From Candidatus Bathyarchaeia archaeon (GTDB lineage Archaea > Thermoproteota > Bathyarchaeia > Bathyarchaeales > Bathycorpusculaceae): a stretch of 64,000 nucleotides of DNA. Of the stretch, positions 1 through 9,788 are shown piece by piece. Positions within the stretch are counted from its first letter, which is position 1, and each line of letters opens with the position of its first letter. A program made the position numbers and the translations under genes. The stretch spans positions 46,177 to 110,176 of the forward strand of contig JAVZLM010000007.1 of NCBI GenBank assembly GCA_038883775.1, in the 5' to 3' direction. The notes below the pieces were generated by a model that made no database searches, was not told where the DNA came from, and saw only the letters and a program-made list of their open reading frames with translations.

Positions 1-150
1 AACTTCTTGGGCTTCTTGTTCAATTTCTTGTTCGGTTTCCATAATATCCGCCCTTCATGTTTTTGTGTGGTCGTGAATTAATAAAATTATTCAATTTTAG
101 ATTCTTATTCAAAAACAGAATTTAAAATACATAAATCAGTCAAAATGTGA

Positions 151-417
151 TTATTTTGAAACCAGTTTTGGCGCTAGTTGTTCTATGGCGCTTTTAAGTT
201 TGTTCCATTCTTCTAAATTCCTTATGTTAAACTTATGCTTTCTTTTCCAAGTTCCATTTCTGTTCTGCCACAAATACAAACCAATGGAACGCCTTCCAAA
301 GGATTCGAAAACCACTATGGCCTCCCACCATTTTTCACTTTTGAAAATATTAACGTAATCAACAACCTTATAGAAACCAGATATGGGAAGCCTCTCCTCT
401 GTCCCACTCAACAGCAT
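151..417 (-). CDS. hypothetical small protein (88 aa)
   Basis: Intact ORF with coding-like, Trp/Lys-rich composition and no family I recognise. The opposite-strand ORF 235..456 looks like its shadow. Confidence 0.45.
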   Translation of the reverse strand: MLLSGTEERLPISGFYKVVDYVNIFKSEKWWEAIVVFESFGRRSIGLYLWQNRNGTWKRKHKFNIRNLEEWNKLKSAIEQLAPKLVSK

Positions 418-475
418 TCACCTTCCTTTCTAAAGTTTGACCTTCAACTATTTTAAGTGTTTTAACAATAGCATG

Positions 476-1486
476 CTATAAGCGCTGGAAAATTCCATCA
501 ACAAGAACGTTCATGCATGAGCCCTTTTTGTCAAAAACCTTTACAGTAGGCTTTGATACGAGAAAATCCATGTGGTTTTTGGATTTGTTCTTGCCGCCTG
601 GCATGTCAGAGTTGTTGCCAAAGGCTATGTGAACCGTGCCAAACATCTTTTCCGCTTCGAGAAACTCTTCGACAAATCTTGCCTTCTTGTTTATTCCAAA
701 AGCAAATTCCCCAACCACATCAGACCACTCATCAGTGTTAAGAGAGTTCCTAATTCTCTCTAGTGTTGGCGAATCTTCAGAAAAAGAGCTTTCTACTTTG
801 CCTTTATAGACAGTTAATTTAACTGGAGTTTTTAGTGGTCCTATTCCGCCAACAGCCATGTCGCATACTAATGTGCCTTCAAGGGAATCTTCCAAGGGAG
901 CGACGATAACTTCGCCTGTTGGCAGATTCATCCATTTCATGGTCTCCCAATCAATTGCAGTGTCTGTATAGAAGGGTCTTCCTTCAACGTTTAAGGAAAC
1001 TTTTGTGCCAGCAGGATTTATAATTTCTATACGTGTCACATTACTCAATTTTTGAACCAGGGTTTTTGCAAAATTTTGCATTTCTCTATGCTCTTTAACT
1101 GTTAGGGCTAAGGCACCTTCTGTTAGCATGTCTAAGGTAACGCCTGGACAATGACCTAAGCGTGTTTTGCGTTCCGCAGTTTCCATTTTTATAAGTGCTA
1201 TTCTGAAGGGTGTTTCTTCACGAGAACCATGGAGAAGGTTAATGTAAATGTCTGGTTTGTATTTTGTTAAAATTTCCATGATTTGTGGCGGAATTTCTTT
1301 TCGAAAAACATTCGCATTAGTCTTAAGCGGTATTAGTCTTGTTTGCAAACCAAGGTTTAGGGCGCCATTTGTAAAGGCTTCACCAACATCAAGCTTTTCA
1401 TAATCACAAAAAACGATTATAGTCTCGCCTTTCTTAGCTTCTAATACGCATTCTAAAGCGTTTCGAGCTGCTTCCCAAGCTTTCAT
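476..1486 (-). CDS. M29-family aminopeptidase (AmpS/PepS-like), tentative
   Basis: ORF 476..1501 trimmed to the ATG at 1486, which is preceded by GGAG. Length and sequence resemble aminopeptidase T / AmpS-type metallopeptidases by eye. Confidence 0.6.
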   Translation of the reverse strand: MKAWEAARNALECVLEAKKGETIIVFCDYEKLDVGEAFTNGALNLGLQTRLIPLKTNANVFRKEIPPQIMEILTKYKPDIYINLLHGSREETPFRIALIKMETAERKTRLGHCPGVTLDMLTEGALALTVKEHREMQNFAKTLVQKLSNVTRIEIINPAGTKVSLNVEGRPFYTDTAIDWETMKWMNLPTGEVIVAPLEDSLEGTLVCDMAVGGIGPLKTPVKLTVYKGKVESSFSEDSPTLERIRNSLNTDEWSDVVGEFAFGINKKARFVEEFLEAEKMFGTVHIAFGNNSDMPGGKNKSKNHMDFLVSKPTVKVFDKKGSCMNVLVDGIFQRL

Positions 1487-1556
1487 AAACTTAAGCTCCA
1501 ATCCTAACTAGAAATGGATGGTAATAAGCCTTACAATCTAAATGAAAATTTTTATG

Positions 1557-2765
1557 CTAACAGGTTGGGATTTTTCCTTGTGCAAGCTCCATGCAGAATT
1601 TGTCTATGTTTTCAAGTTCATAATTTAGCACGTCGCCTATTTCGCGCCTAACTTTTTCTATGGCGTTATTGCCCTTCATTATGACTTGGGCTGCCGCCAC
1701 TTCCGGCTGGTCTATGGGGCTTCCGATTTTGCTCAGCAGCCAAATGTAAACTTCTTCAACTTCTGGCACTTCATCGTAAACGTGTTGGGCTATTCTATAG
1801 GTTAGAACATTGTAAATTTTCCCAACATGGCTTACTGGGTTTTTGCCTGCTGCCGCTTCGGAACAGAATGGTCTGTTTAGGGATATTAAGCCGTTTACAC
1901 GGTTTCCCCTTCCCACTTGCCCAGAGTCGCCGCTGTCTGCGCTTGTGCCCAAAACTGTTAGGTATAATCCTCCTAAGCCTCTTCCGCGAGCATCTAAAGT
2001 GTTTAGTTGAATGTTAACCGTTTCGAAGTCTGTGCTTGCCTTCACGAATTTTTCAGTTTCTTCGAGGATTCTTGCTTTCTTTTCGAAGTATTCTTCTTCG
2101 CTGTTTATGAAGCGGTCGACAAAAGCCATGGAGATTGTAAGGTTTAGGGCGTTGTTTACTCTGAAACCCATAACTTTTATGTCCTCGCCTGATTCGGGAA
2201 AACGCTGTTTAAAGTTTTGAGAGTTTAGAAATTTTTCTGTTTCCAAGACAATTTTTTCTGTTCTAGTCATTGGCGCATATCCAACAGCAGCGGAAGTGTC
2301 GTTGGCTCCTAAAACTTTTCCTTTTCGCCTAAAAATGTCCACAAGCCCAACGGAGCCGGGCTTCAGTTCCACCTGATATTTCAGATGCTTTTCAGGGTCT
2401 ACAAAACGCATGTTCTTTCTGAACCATTCTTTTGCAACACGTACAGCTATTTCTTTAACGTCTATTTTTGCACCGTTAAATTCTGATGTCGCTCTGTCGC
2501 CGAAAACAAAGAGCATGGGCTGTTTAACTATGCCTCCGCCAAATCTGGGTTCAGCCTCTCCAGCCACAAGGAGGGATTTGTCAACATTATGGTGAAGGAT
2601 TGAACCCGTCTTTTCCAAGTATTCCTTGCTTAGGTTTATGGAAATTTGGTCCATTACAGCGTCGCAAATGTAATCTGGATGTCCAAGCCCTTTTCTCTCC
2701 ACTATTTCTATGCGTTGCTTTTCAAGGGGCATCTGTTTTAGGTCTTCTACTATTATGTTCCGCAT
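1557..2765 (-). CDS. mat: S-adenosylmethionine synthetase, archaeal type
   Basis: 402 aa with the N-terminal block [17 protein letters not shown]. Overall layout is typical of the archaeal MAT family. Confidence 0.93.
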   Translation of the reverse strand: MRNIIVEDLKQMPLEKQRIEIVERKGLGHPDYICDAVMDQISINLSKEYLEKTGSILHHNVDKSLLVAGEAEPRFGGGIVKQPMLFVFGDRATSEFNGAKIDVKEIAVRVAKEWFRKNMRFVDPEKHLKYQVELKPGSVGLVDIFRRKGKVLGANDTSAAVGYAPMTRTEKIVLETEKFLNSQNFKQRFPESGEDIKVMGFRVNNALNLTISMAFVDRFINSEEEYFEKKARILEETEKFVKASTDFETVNIQLNTLDARGRGLGGLYLTVLGTSADSGDSGQVGRGNRVNGLISLNRPFCSEAAAGKNPVSHVGKIYNVLTYRIAQHVYDEVPEVEEVYIWLLSKIGSPIDQPEVAAAQVIMKGNNAIEKVRREIGDVLNYELENIDKFCMELAQGKIPTC

Positions 2766-2861
2766 GGTAAACCTTTCCGCTGTGAAGTTTATGGATGTAT
2801 GCGTAAAACAAATATATAATTTACTGTATTAATTTATAAAAGAAATAACTGGTGGTTATTT

Positions 2862-3395
2862 TTGGCAGTTACAGGCTCCCTCATTAGAAAGTTAAGATTA
2901 GATGCGGGCTTAACCCAGAAAAGGCTTGCAGAACTCGTTGGTGTATCCCAAGCCCACATAGCAAAAATAGAGCAGGGAAAAGTTGACCCAAGACTTTCCA
3001 CAATCAACAAGATTTTGGAAGTTTTGACGGAAGGAGGGAAGAGGAAATGTAAAGACATAATGACTGAAGGCGTCCTTTTTGCAAGACCAAACAATAACAT
3101 CTTAAAAATAAGCGAGATCATGGTAAGAAATGCCATTTCGCAGATGCCCGTGCTGAATGGAAACAGAGTTGTTGGAACAATAACGGAAGAAAGCATAATC
3201 AGAAACTTGAGTTCAAACATAGCAAATGAGAAAGTAAAAAACATTATGGGTCCGCCCTTGCCAACAGTGTCAGAAGAAATGCCAATAGACGCAGTTCGTA
3301 AACTGCTTGAGAGACATCAAGGAATATTAGTGGCAAGAGGCAAAGAAATTGTGGGAATAATCACGCGTTCAGACCTCCTAAAAACAATAGGCTAA
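2862..3395 (+). CDS. transcriptional regulator, Cro/C1-type HTH fused to a CBS pair
   Basis: N-terminal HTH LRLDAGLTQKRLAELVGVSQAHIAKIEQGK followed by two CBS-like repeats. TTG start with GGTGG upstream. Confidence 0.8.
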   Translation: MAVTGSLIRKLRLDAGLTQKRLAELVGVSQAHIAKIEQGKVDPRLSTINKILEVLTEGGKRKCKDIMTEGVLFARPNNNILKISEIMVRNAISQMPVLNGNRVVGTITEESIIRNLSSNIANEKVKNIMGPPLPTVSEEMPIDAVRKLLERHQGILVARGKEIVGIITRSDLLKTIG

Positions 3396-3410
3396 AAAGG
3401 AGCGTTACTC

Positions 3411-4586
3411 ATGCAACTTCAAAATTTTGAAAGAAAAGCAAATCAGGCAATTGCGGAGTTGAGGGCAAAAAAGCCCACAGAAGGCATAATAGTCCATCAT
3501 GATGACGCTGACGGCTTATGCTCAGCAGCGATAACAAAAAGAGCCTTAGAACGGGAAGGAATAAAGCCCAAAACATTCTGCCTAGAAAAAGTTTACACAG
3601 AAGTCATCAAAGACTTACATTCAAGGAGTGGACAAACAATTTTTTATGTGGATATTGGCTCTTCGCACGCTGACATGATATCCGAATACAATAAGGGCAA
3701 AAACTTAACAATAATACTTGACCATCACGACCCAAAACCAGCCACGGATCATCAAGTTTTTGATTTAAACCTTGAAAATTATGGATTTAGAGGCGAAACA
3801 GACTTTTCAGGAGCAACATGCTGCTACCTATTCGCAAAAACATTAAACCAAGCCAACATGGATTTGGGTTATTTGGCTTTAGTTGGAAGTTGTGAGATTC
3901 CGGAAGACTTTACGGGAATAAACAAGATGGTGTTAGAAGAAGCATGCAAGAATGGAATTGTTCAGCAGAGGGGCAAAAGCTTCGAAATAACCAAATTTAA
4001 AACACGCTTGGACTCGCTTTTCTCCAAACTTCAGATTTTGGGAGCCGTGGGATATTATGAGAAGGGCCCAGAAATTGGCGTAAACGCCTGCCTAGAAGGA
4101 TTGAGCAAGGAAACTGAAGAACAGATTAACGCCTTGGAAAATAAGCGTAAGGATGTTAACCGTCGCCTTTTGGGAAGGCTTTATCGTGAAAGGCTAAAGG
4201 AAACGGAACATATTCAATGGTTTGACGCTGGAGACATGTACTCTGGCATGGGCACAAAAGTTATTGGACAATTCTGCTCTTTCTTGGCTTACCAAACACG
4301 TCTAATAAAACCTAACAAATACATTTTAGGGTTTGTGAACGTCCCATCAGAAATCCCAAATTGGGGAAAACTAAAAGAAAAATTCGTTAAAGCTTCAGTT
4401 CGAGTGCCAAAAAATATGCAATCCTTAATCGATGAGGGAAAGCTTCCAGGCGCAGTAAACCTTTTGGATAAGGCTTCTGAGGGCTTTGGTGTTGCTGATG
4501 GGCATCAATACGCTGCAAATGTAACAGTGCCTATTGATAAGAAACAAACATTAATTGAAAACGCTGAAAAAGCAATTAAAGACTGA
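3411..4586 (+). CDS. DHH-family phosphoesterase (RecJ/NrnA-like)
   Basis: Motifs VHHDDADGLCSA and ILDHHDP. AGGAG lies upstream of the ATG. Confidence 0.7.
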   Translation: MQLQNFERKANQAIAELRAKKPTEGIIVHHDDADGLCSAAITKRALEREGIKPKTFCLEKVYTEVIKDLHSRSGQTIFYVDIGSSHADMISEYNKGKNLTIILDHHDPKPATDHQVFDLNLENYGFRGETDFSGATCCYLFAKTLNQANMDLGYLALVGSCEIPEDFTGINKMVLEEACKNGIVQQRGKSFEITKFKTRLDSLFSKLQILGAVGYYEKGPEIGVNACLEGLSKETEEQINALENKRKDVNRRLLGRLYRERLKETEHIQWFDAGDMYSGMGTKVIGQFCSFLAYQTRLIKPNKYILGFVNVPSEIPNWGKLKEKFVKASVRVPKNMQSLIDEGKLPGAVNLLDKASEGFGVADGHQYAANVTVPIDKKQTLIENAEKAIKD

Positions 4587-5362
4587 TGAACCTCATGAGC
4601 GGACTTAATTTTAAATATGCAATTGTTCGACCAGTACCAAACTCTTATGACCGTTGCGTGAGGAATAATGTTGAAAGGATAGACGTTGCCCTCGCAAAAA
4701 AGCAGCATGCAGAATATTGCAAAGCGTTAGAGAGGCTTGGTTTGAAGCTTATTTGGGTGAAAGGTGATGATTCACTTCCCGACAGCTGTTTTGTGGAAGA
4801 TACAGCCATAATAATTGGGGATAAAGCGATAATATGCAATATGAAAGTAAAGTCGAGAAGCCCAGAAGTAATTGAAGTTGCTAAAGTGTTAGAAAAATTA
4901 AAGGAAACTCACTATATTAGGCCTCCAGCCACCATTGATGGTGGGGATGTTCTCAAAATTGAAAACAAAATTTTTGTAGGGCTCTCAGAAAGAACTAACA
5001 TCCAAGCTGTGCATCAAATTAAAAAAATTTTGAAAGAAAACTATGCGGAGATAGTTCCAGTGAGAGTTCAAAACGTGCTCCATCTAAAGTCTGCTTGTAC
5101 CTATCTTGGAAATGATTATGTTATTCTTTCAAAGGGACACTTTGATTTAGGCGTATTGCGAGGTTATGATAAAATTGTTGTTCCGAAAGGAGAGGAATAC
5201 GCTGCTGATTGTCTCGCAATAAATGGGACAGTTTTGATGGCTAAGGGCTATCCTAAAACTAGGAAAATGATAGAGATGGCGGGATTTTCTGTGAAAGAAT
5301 TAGAGATGTCGGAATTTCGGAAGGGAGAAGGTGCCTTAACATGCCTCTCCATACTATTTTAG
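4586..5362 (+). CDS. dimethylarginine dimethylaminohydrolase-like amidinotransferase (DDAH family)
   Basis: Blocks LPDSCFVEDTAII, IDGGDVLKI..IFVGLSERTN, LHLKSACTY and C-terminal EGALTCLSILF with the catalytic Cys context. Its start overlaps the upstream stop (TGATG). Confidence 0.8.
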   Translation: MNLMSGLNFKYAIVRPVPNSYDRCVRNNVERIDVALAKKQHAEYCKALERLGLKLIWVKGDDSLPDSCFVEDTAIIIGDKAIICNMKVKSRSPEVIEVAKVLEKLKETHYIRPPATIDGGDVLKIENKIFVGLSERTNIQAVHQIKKILKENYAEIVPVRVQNVLHLKSACTYLGNDYVILSKGHFDLGVLRGYDKIVVPKGEEYAADCLAINGTVLMAKGYPKTRKMIEMAGFSVKELEMSEFRKGEGALTCLSILF

Positions 5363-6735
5363 AACCCTGCCTTTAGCAGATTACGCGGTTTCATAATCTC
5401 TCTTAAGAGTACAGTTGCATAAGCCCCGCGATGTAGTGTAAAGCTTATTTTTGCCATGTTTTTAGATAGACTAGTTGCATCAGCACAAACTTCTTTTAAT
5501 TGAAAATTGTTTAGCGGAGTTAAAGCAGTTCGCAGTTCGCCTTTCGAGCTTATTTCTGGCATTAAATTGATTTTGAAATTTTCAAAGGTTATGCCTTCTT
5601 CGTCCAAGATTTGTTTTTCAATTTCTCCTTGAACGCCTCGGGAAGGCTTCTGTTTAAAACCTATTAGAGGAAGGGCTAACTGCATTCTTCCAGCTTTTAT
5701 TGCCTCATTAATTTCTGCAAGGGTTTCAGTCTTCACGATTTTATACATTGTTAGCAATGGCAATCCAGAACGCTGCACACTAACAACGTAATCGCCGACT
5801 TCCGCCTTATTTAACGAAAGCCCTTCTGCAATTCTTTTGCTTAGGAATTTGTTGAAAAGGTAGGCTTGATAGGCTTGCGGAAAAAGCTCTCGAAGTTTAA
5901 TTGGCAAACGCCTAAGTGCGCCCAAAAAATCTTTGGGTTTTTGTGCTAGATGCTTAAGCATTAAACGTTCATAATGCAACTGTTTCGGAAAGTCTTTCAA
6001 AGCTTGCCTAAAATCTTGCGTCTTTTGCAGTTGTTCTCGGGCTTTTCTGGATTCTGGATGCTCATATGGGCTTGGTTTAGCCAAAAAAAGCATCACAGCC
6101 TTTTTGAAGTTTCCTTTAACAAGGGCTTTTCCAATACTATGCGTTATGGGACGAACGGTGCCGAAACGTTGGTGACCGAAAAAATTTGGAACTCCACCAA
6201 CAGCTTCGAGCTCTTTAATGGTTTTTTCTATACGCTTTTTAGTGGATGATTTTGGATGGCTTATGTTTCTAATAGTTATGTTGAAATTATTTCCAAGGAG
6301 ATAGTATGTGGAAAGCTTATGGCGAAGATAGCCTACGGGATGAATTTTTATATCTTTAACATTAGCCTTTTGAACTTCATCGGCTGAAACACCATCAACC
6401 GTGATGAATTGGGCGGTGACTGCTTTAGCATCTTTTATGCCAGCAAAATGAATGGTATCAGCGTTTATGCCAAGTTGTTTAGCAATGGCGTTTATGGCTA
6501 AAAAAGTGTCCCAATTTCGTTTGACCAAAACACATAAAAGGTAACGTTTCTTTTCCGCAGAAGAGCCTAATACTTTGGGCTTATCAGAGCATTTTATCTC
6601 CGCTCTAGAACCGTCAACAAGAATCTCTTCAACAACAAAATCCTCAACAAACTGCCTAATAACTCCACCAACGCCCAAAGAAGTTGTGGCATAAACCTCC
6701 ATGCCCATGATTTTCTCAAGTTTAGGAACAAACAA
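5359..6735 (-). CDS. truD: tRNA pseudouridine synthase D (TruD/Pus7 family)
   Basis: 458 aa with the PNFFGHQRFG motif and TruD-like layout. Confidence 0.88.
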   Translation of the reverse strand: MFVPKLEKIMGMEVYATTSLGVGGVIRQFVEDFVVEEILVDGSRAEIKCSDKPKVLGSSAEKKRYLLCVLVKRNWDTFLAINAIAKQLGINADTIHFAGIKDAKAVTAQFITVDGVSADEVQKANVKDIKIHPVGYLRHKLSTYYLLGNNFNITIRNISHPKSSTKKRIEKTIKELEAVGGVPNFFGHQRFGTVRPITHSIGKALVKGNFKKAVMLFLAKPSPYEHPESRKAREQLQKTQDFRQALKDFPKQLHYERLMLKHLAQKPKDFLGALRRLPIKLRELFPQAYQAYLFNKFLSKRIAEGLSLNKAEVGDYVVSVQRSGLPLLTMYKIVKTETLAEINEAIKAGRMQLALPLIGFKQKPSRGVQGEIEKQILDEEGITFENFKINLMPEISSKGELRTALTPLNNFQLKEVCADATSLSKNMAKISFTLHRGAYATVLLREIMKPRNLLKAGF

Positions 6736-6749
6736 GCATCTTGCCTTCC

Positions 6750-7112
6750 TTAGAGAAGGGGAAGCTTACCAGTTAATTTATCGATAATTTCGGATGGGGC
6801 AGGACCTACACCCAAACACGTTATTGTTCCAGGCGGCACTTCTGTTAAGCCTCTATCCATAATTAGTGCGCATGGCAAAGCCAAAGCCTTCGCCTCTTTT
6901 TCCAGCTCCAAAATTTCCTTTTCACTTTTAACTTTTACCACAATCTTGCATTGTCCCTCATCCATCCAAGCGCTCCACCAAGCTTTTTGATTTTTGCGAG
7001 CCTCTTCAGCAGCAGAAACAGCGCCATGTCCAGCTTGGGCAGCAATCTTACCTTTACTTAATTTTAAATCTGAACGAAAGACAAGCACTTGCTTATAACG
7101 AAATTCCGACAT
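6750..7112 (-). CDS. pth2: peptidyl-tRNA hydrolase, archaeal Pth2 type
   Basis: 120 aa with KIAAQAGHGAV and a C-terminal GPAPSEIIDKLTGKLPLL, typical of Pth2. Confidence 0.9.
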   Translation of the reverse strand: MSEFRYKQVLVFRSDLKLSKGKIAAQAGHGAVSAAEEARKNQKAWWSAWMDEGQCKIVVKVKSEKEILELEKEAKALALPCALIMDRGLTEVPPGTITCLGVGPAPSEIIDKLTGKLPLL

Positions 7113-7315
7113 GCCACTTTCAACCGCTTACTCCATTTTGTCACTCGAAGATTTTAAGGATTTGCAGATGTTTAGATTTAACTTTGGTATCTACCATGGA
7201 GTAGCAAGGAGCCTTACCATTTTAAGTGAAGTTTCCTTTACAGTTTTTGTAAAGTTTTCTTCATAAAAACCCTTTTCTTTCCATTTAAACTCATAAAAAA
7301 TGAGGAAAGGGAACA

Positions 7316-8263
7316 ATGTGTGCGGAAAAAATGGAGGAAGAAACATATTCTTTGATTTTTAAGTCACTCAAACATCCTATACGAAGAAAGATACTTAGAA
7401 TGTTAGTGGGCAAGCAAATGAGTTTCTCAGAAATTTTGAACATCCTCTCCATTGACAGTGGGCATCTGAGTTATCACATTGAAAACTTGGGTGAATTGAT
7501 TAGGCATTCAGAAAACGGCAAATACGAACTCTCCAGCATAGGAATTGCTGCAGTAAATCTAATGAGTGGAGTGGAAGAACATCCACATTTGCCAATTTCA
7601 CCCTCCAAATGGAAAACGAAGAAAACGAGGAACATTTTCTTGGTTGCTGTACTTGTTACTCTCATGGCCTCAGCAGTAGGGAATGCATATTATTACAATT
7701 TATTGCAGTCTAGCTTACAAAAAAATGTAGAAGGCACCGGCTACGCCTTAATTCTATTTGACGACGGCATCTATAGAGCTACAAGCATTTCATATCTCTT
7801 ATTGACGTATCGACATGGACTCCGAGAAACCGAACCTAACGAACTTAACATTAAAGCTTTGATTAAAGGTTTTTTCAATGAAATGGAGTATGCATATTAT
7901 TTTGGTCTAAAAGGGTTAATGGCTCTAAACCCAGAACTTAGCGGGTATAGGAAACCACTTTATATAATTGATAGATTTATGTGTTATACCTTTATTCAGT
8001 GGAAATCATGCCAAGGGGGACCTACCGTAAGGTCTGTCCTAGAAAATTTAATAGCAGAAGCGGAGTCACTTGCTAACTATTCTAGGCCATTAGCTGCTTT
8101 TAAGGAACTAAACCAAACATCCTTTCAAAAATTGCAACAATTATCATTCGAAGTTCTTGAATCGTTTGCTACTCCCTTCAATGCAACAAGATTAGAGAAT
8201 ACGATTAACATAGTTAACGATTTAGAAAATGTTTTGGCTCAATGGCTAAATAAGTACGCATAG
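7316..8263 (+). CDS. ArsR-family winged-helix protein with TM helix and C-terminal domain of unknown function
   Basis: N-terminal wHTH (IFKSLKHPIRRKILRML...SFSEILNILSIDSGHLSYHIENL) followed by a hydrophobic helix (IFLVAVLVTLMASAVGNAYYY). About 190 further residues have no family I recognise. Confidence 0.6.
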   Translation: MCAEKMEEETYSLIFKSLKHPIRRKILRMLVGKQMSFSEILNILSIDSGHLSYHIENLGELIRHSENGKYELSSIGIAAVNLMSGVEEHPHLPISPSKWKTKKTRNIFLVAVLVTLMASAVGNAYYYNLLQSSLQKNVEGTGYALILFDDGIYRATSISYLLLTYRHGLRETEPNELNIKALIKGFFNEMEYAYYFGLKGLMALNPELSGYRKPLYIIDRFMCYTFIQWKSCQGGPTVRSVLENLIAEAESLANYSRPLAAFKELNQTSFQKLQQLSFEVLESFATPFNATRLENTINIVNDLENVLAQWLNKYA

Positions 8264-8286
8264 TACTCCTTTAACAACCTATTTAT

Positions 8287-9516
8287 CTACTGCTCCATAA
8301 AAGTTGCAGAGATATAAAGAAAAAAACGAAGGATAATTGGTAAAACCCTCGGATTCGGCAGAAGTTTCAAAAGGGTTTTCCCTTGAAAATCTATTTCTTC
8401 AATTTTATTTAAAGTCTTGTTTAAATCCAGCCTTTCACATAAACTGATAGCTTCGTCAAGTTTCTCGTCAGACAAACCATTAAGTATCTTCCTAACTTTA
8501 AGCATAACCTTCATGTCAAAACCAAAATTTTCTTTACAGCGCTGAGCGTATACGCTTAGAAATTTTGAAGAAAAATCATTTCTCTGCAAGGCTTCATATG
8601 CAACCTCAGCAGCAATTCTTGAACAAGATAAGCCAAAAATTAAACCACCGCCGGTTGTAGGCTTAACTTGAGAAGTCGCATCGCCAACAGCCAAAAAACC
8701 ATTTGAATAAGTTTTTGAGATTGGTCCGCCAAGAGATATGGGATGAAAAGCCATATGCGAAATTTTTGCTTTGCGCAATTTTTTTGAGGCTACTGGATGT
8801 TTAAGCATGAACCGTTGCAAAAACTCTTTGGGATTCCCATGTTTTGTGGCTAATCCAACTTTTGCCTCGTCTTCGCCTTTTGGAATCAGCCATGCATAAA
8901 AACCAGGCGCATACTCATTGCCGAGAAAAACTTCTACGCTGTCTTGTTCCACATTTTTAACGTTTTTAACTTCTGCATGTACGCCATGAACGAACATGCG
9001 CCCATATTTGGGTGAGAGGTTGGCTTGCCGCAGAATTTTTGAGGAAATTCCTTCGGCATCCATCACAATTTTAGCGAAATATTTTTCGATTTTTCCATTT
9101 TGGTTGACGCTCACTCCTTTCACAAAACCACTCTCAAAAATTAAGGATTCGACACGAGAATTTAGATGATAGAGAACTCCTTCTTTTTTCGCCATTTCAG
9201 CAATGTAATTGTCGAAAAGGGAACGATTAACAACACACGTTACGGGTGAAGAAAAGCGGACAGCAAATTCGCTGCCCTTCGGCGAGTGAAAGATAACTCC
9301 ACGAAAAGTGTTTTCAACAATTTTCTCTGGAGGCGGATATAAACCTAAACGTTTCAAACCGTTAATTGCCACATGCCCTGGACAATGGATTGGAAAGCCT
9401 ATTTGAGCGTGTTCTTCGAAAACTCTTACCTTAACTCCAAGTTTTGCAAGGTTTAGGGCTGTGAAGGAACCGCAGGGTCCGCCTCCGATGATGATGGCAT
9501 CTGAAAAGTTTTCCAT
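8287..9516 (-). CDS. geranylgeranyl reductase family FAD-dependent oxidoreductase
   Basis: N-terminal FAD fold IIIGGGPCGSF. Length of 409 aa and overall sequence resemble archaeal digeranylgeranylglycerophospholipid reductases. Confidence 0.8.
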   Translation of the reverse strand: MENFSDAIIIGGGPCGSFTALNLAKLGVKVRVFEEHAQIGFPIHCPGHVAINGLKRLGLYPPPEKIVENTFRGVIFHSPKGSEFAVRFSSPVTCVVNRSLFDNYIAEMAKKEGVLYHLNSRVESLIFESGFVKGVSVNQNGKIEKYFAKIVMDAEGISSKILRQANLSPKYGRMFVHGVHAEVKNVKNVEQDSVEVFLGNEYAPGFYAWLIPKGEDEAKVGLATKHGNPKEFLQRFMLKHPVASKKLRKAKISHMAFHPISLGGPISKTYSNGFLAVGDATSQVKPTTGGGLIFGLSCSRIAAEVAYEALQRNDFSSKFLSVYAQRCKENFGFDMKVMLKVRKILNGLSDEKLDEAISLCERLDLNKTLNKIEEIDFQGKTLLKLLPNPRVLPIILRFFLYISATFMEQ

Positions 9517-9548
9517 GATTACACATTAAAAGAGTTGAAGTTAAAGGC

Positions 9549-9776
9549 TTATGTTATAAGTTCGATTCTTCTTTTTCCACGAACCATAGAAGTTGTCCGT
9601 ATTTTTCCAGCGACCTCTAACCTCATAAGAAACTCGTTAAAGTCCTTGAAGCCCAAATCCTTAAACTCCTCACTTAAAACCTCAAAGAGCTCAGTATCCG
9701 TCATGGCGCCCTTCTTTTTCAAGACTTCTAAAAGAACATAATAGGCTGGATGTGTCTTCCAAGTTTTAACTGGCAA
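9549..9776 (-). CDS. hypothetical small protein, possible winged-helix fold
   Basis: 75 aa ORF immediately downstream of cdc48 on the same strand, with helix-rich composition. No family assignment. Confidence 0.45.
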   Translation of the reverse strand: MPVKTWKTHPAYYVLLEVLKKKGAMTDTELFEVLSEEFKDLGFKDFNEFLMRLEVAGKIRTTSMVRGKRRIELIT

Positions 9777-9788
9777 ATTTACGCACTC

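Noticed and set aside
1-42. Possible 5' end of a minus-strand gene (METEQEIEQEAQEV...) leaving the window
   Set aside because: Only 14 codons are visible, which is too little to support a call.
4580-4592. TGATGA that resembles a C-box of a C/D sRNA
   Set aside because: It is simply the stop/start overlap (gac TGA / ATG aac) between the DHH and DDAH genes. No D box or guide architecture surrounds it.
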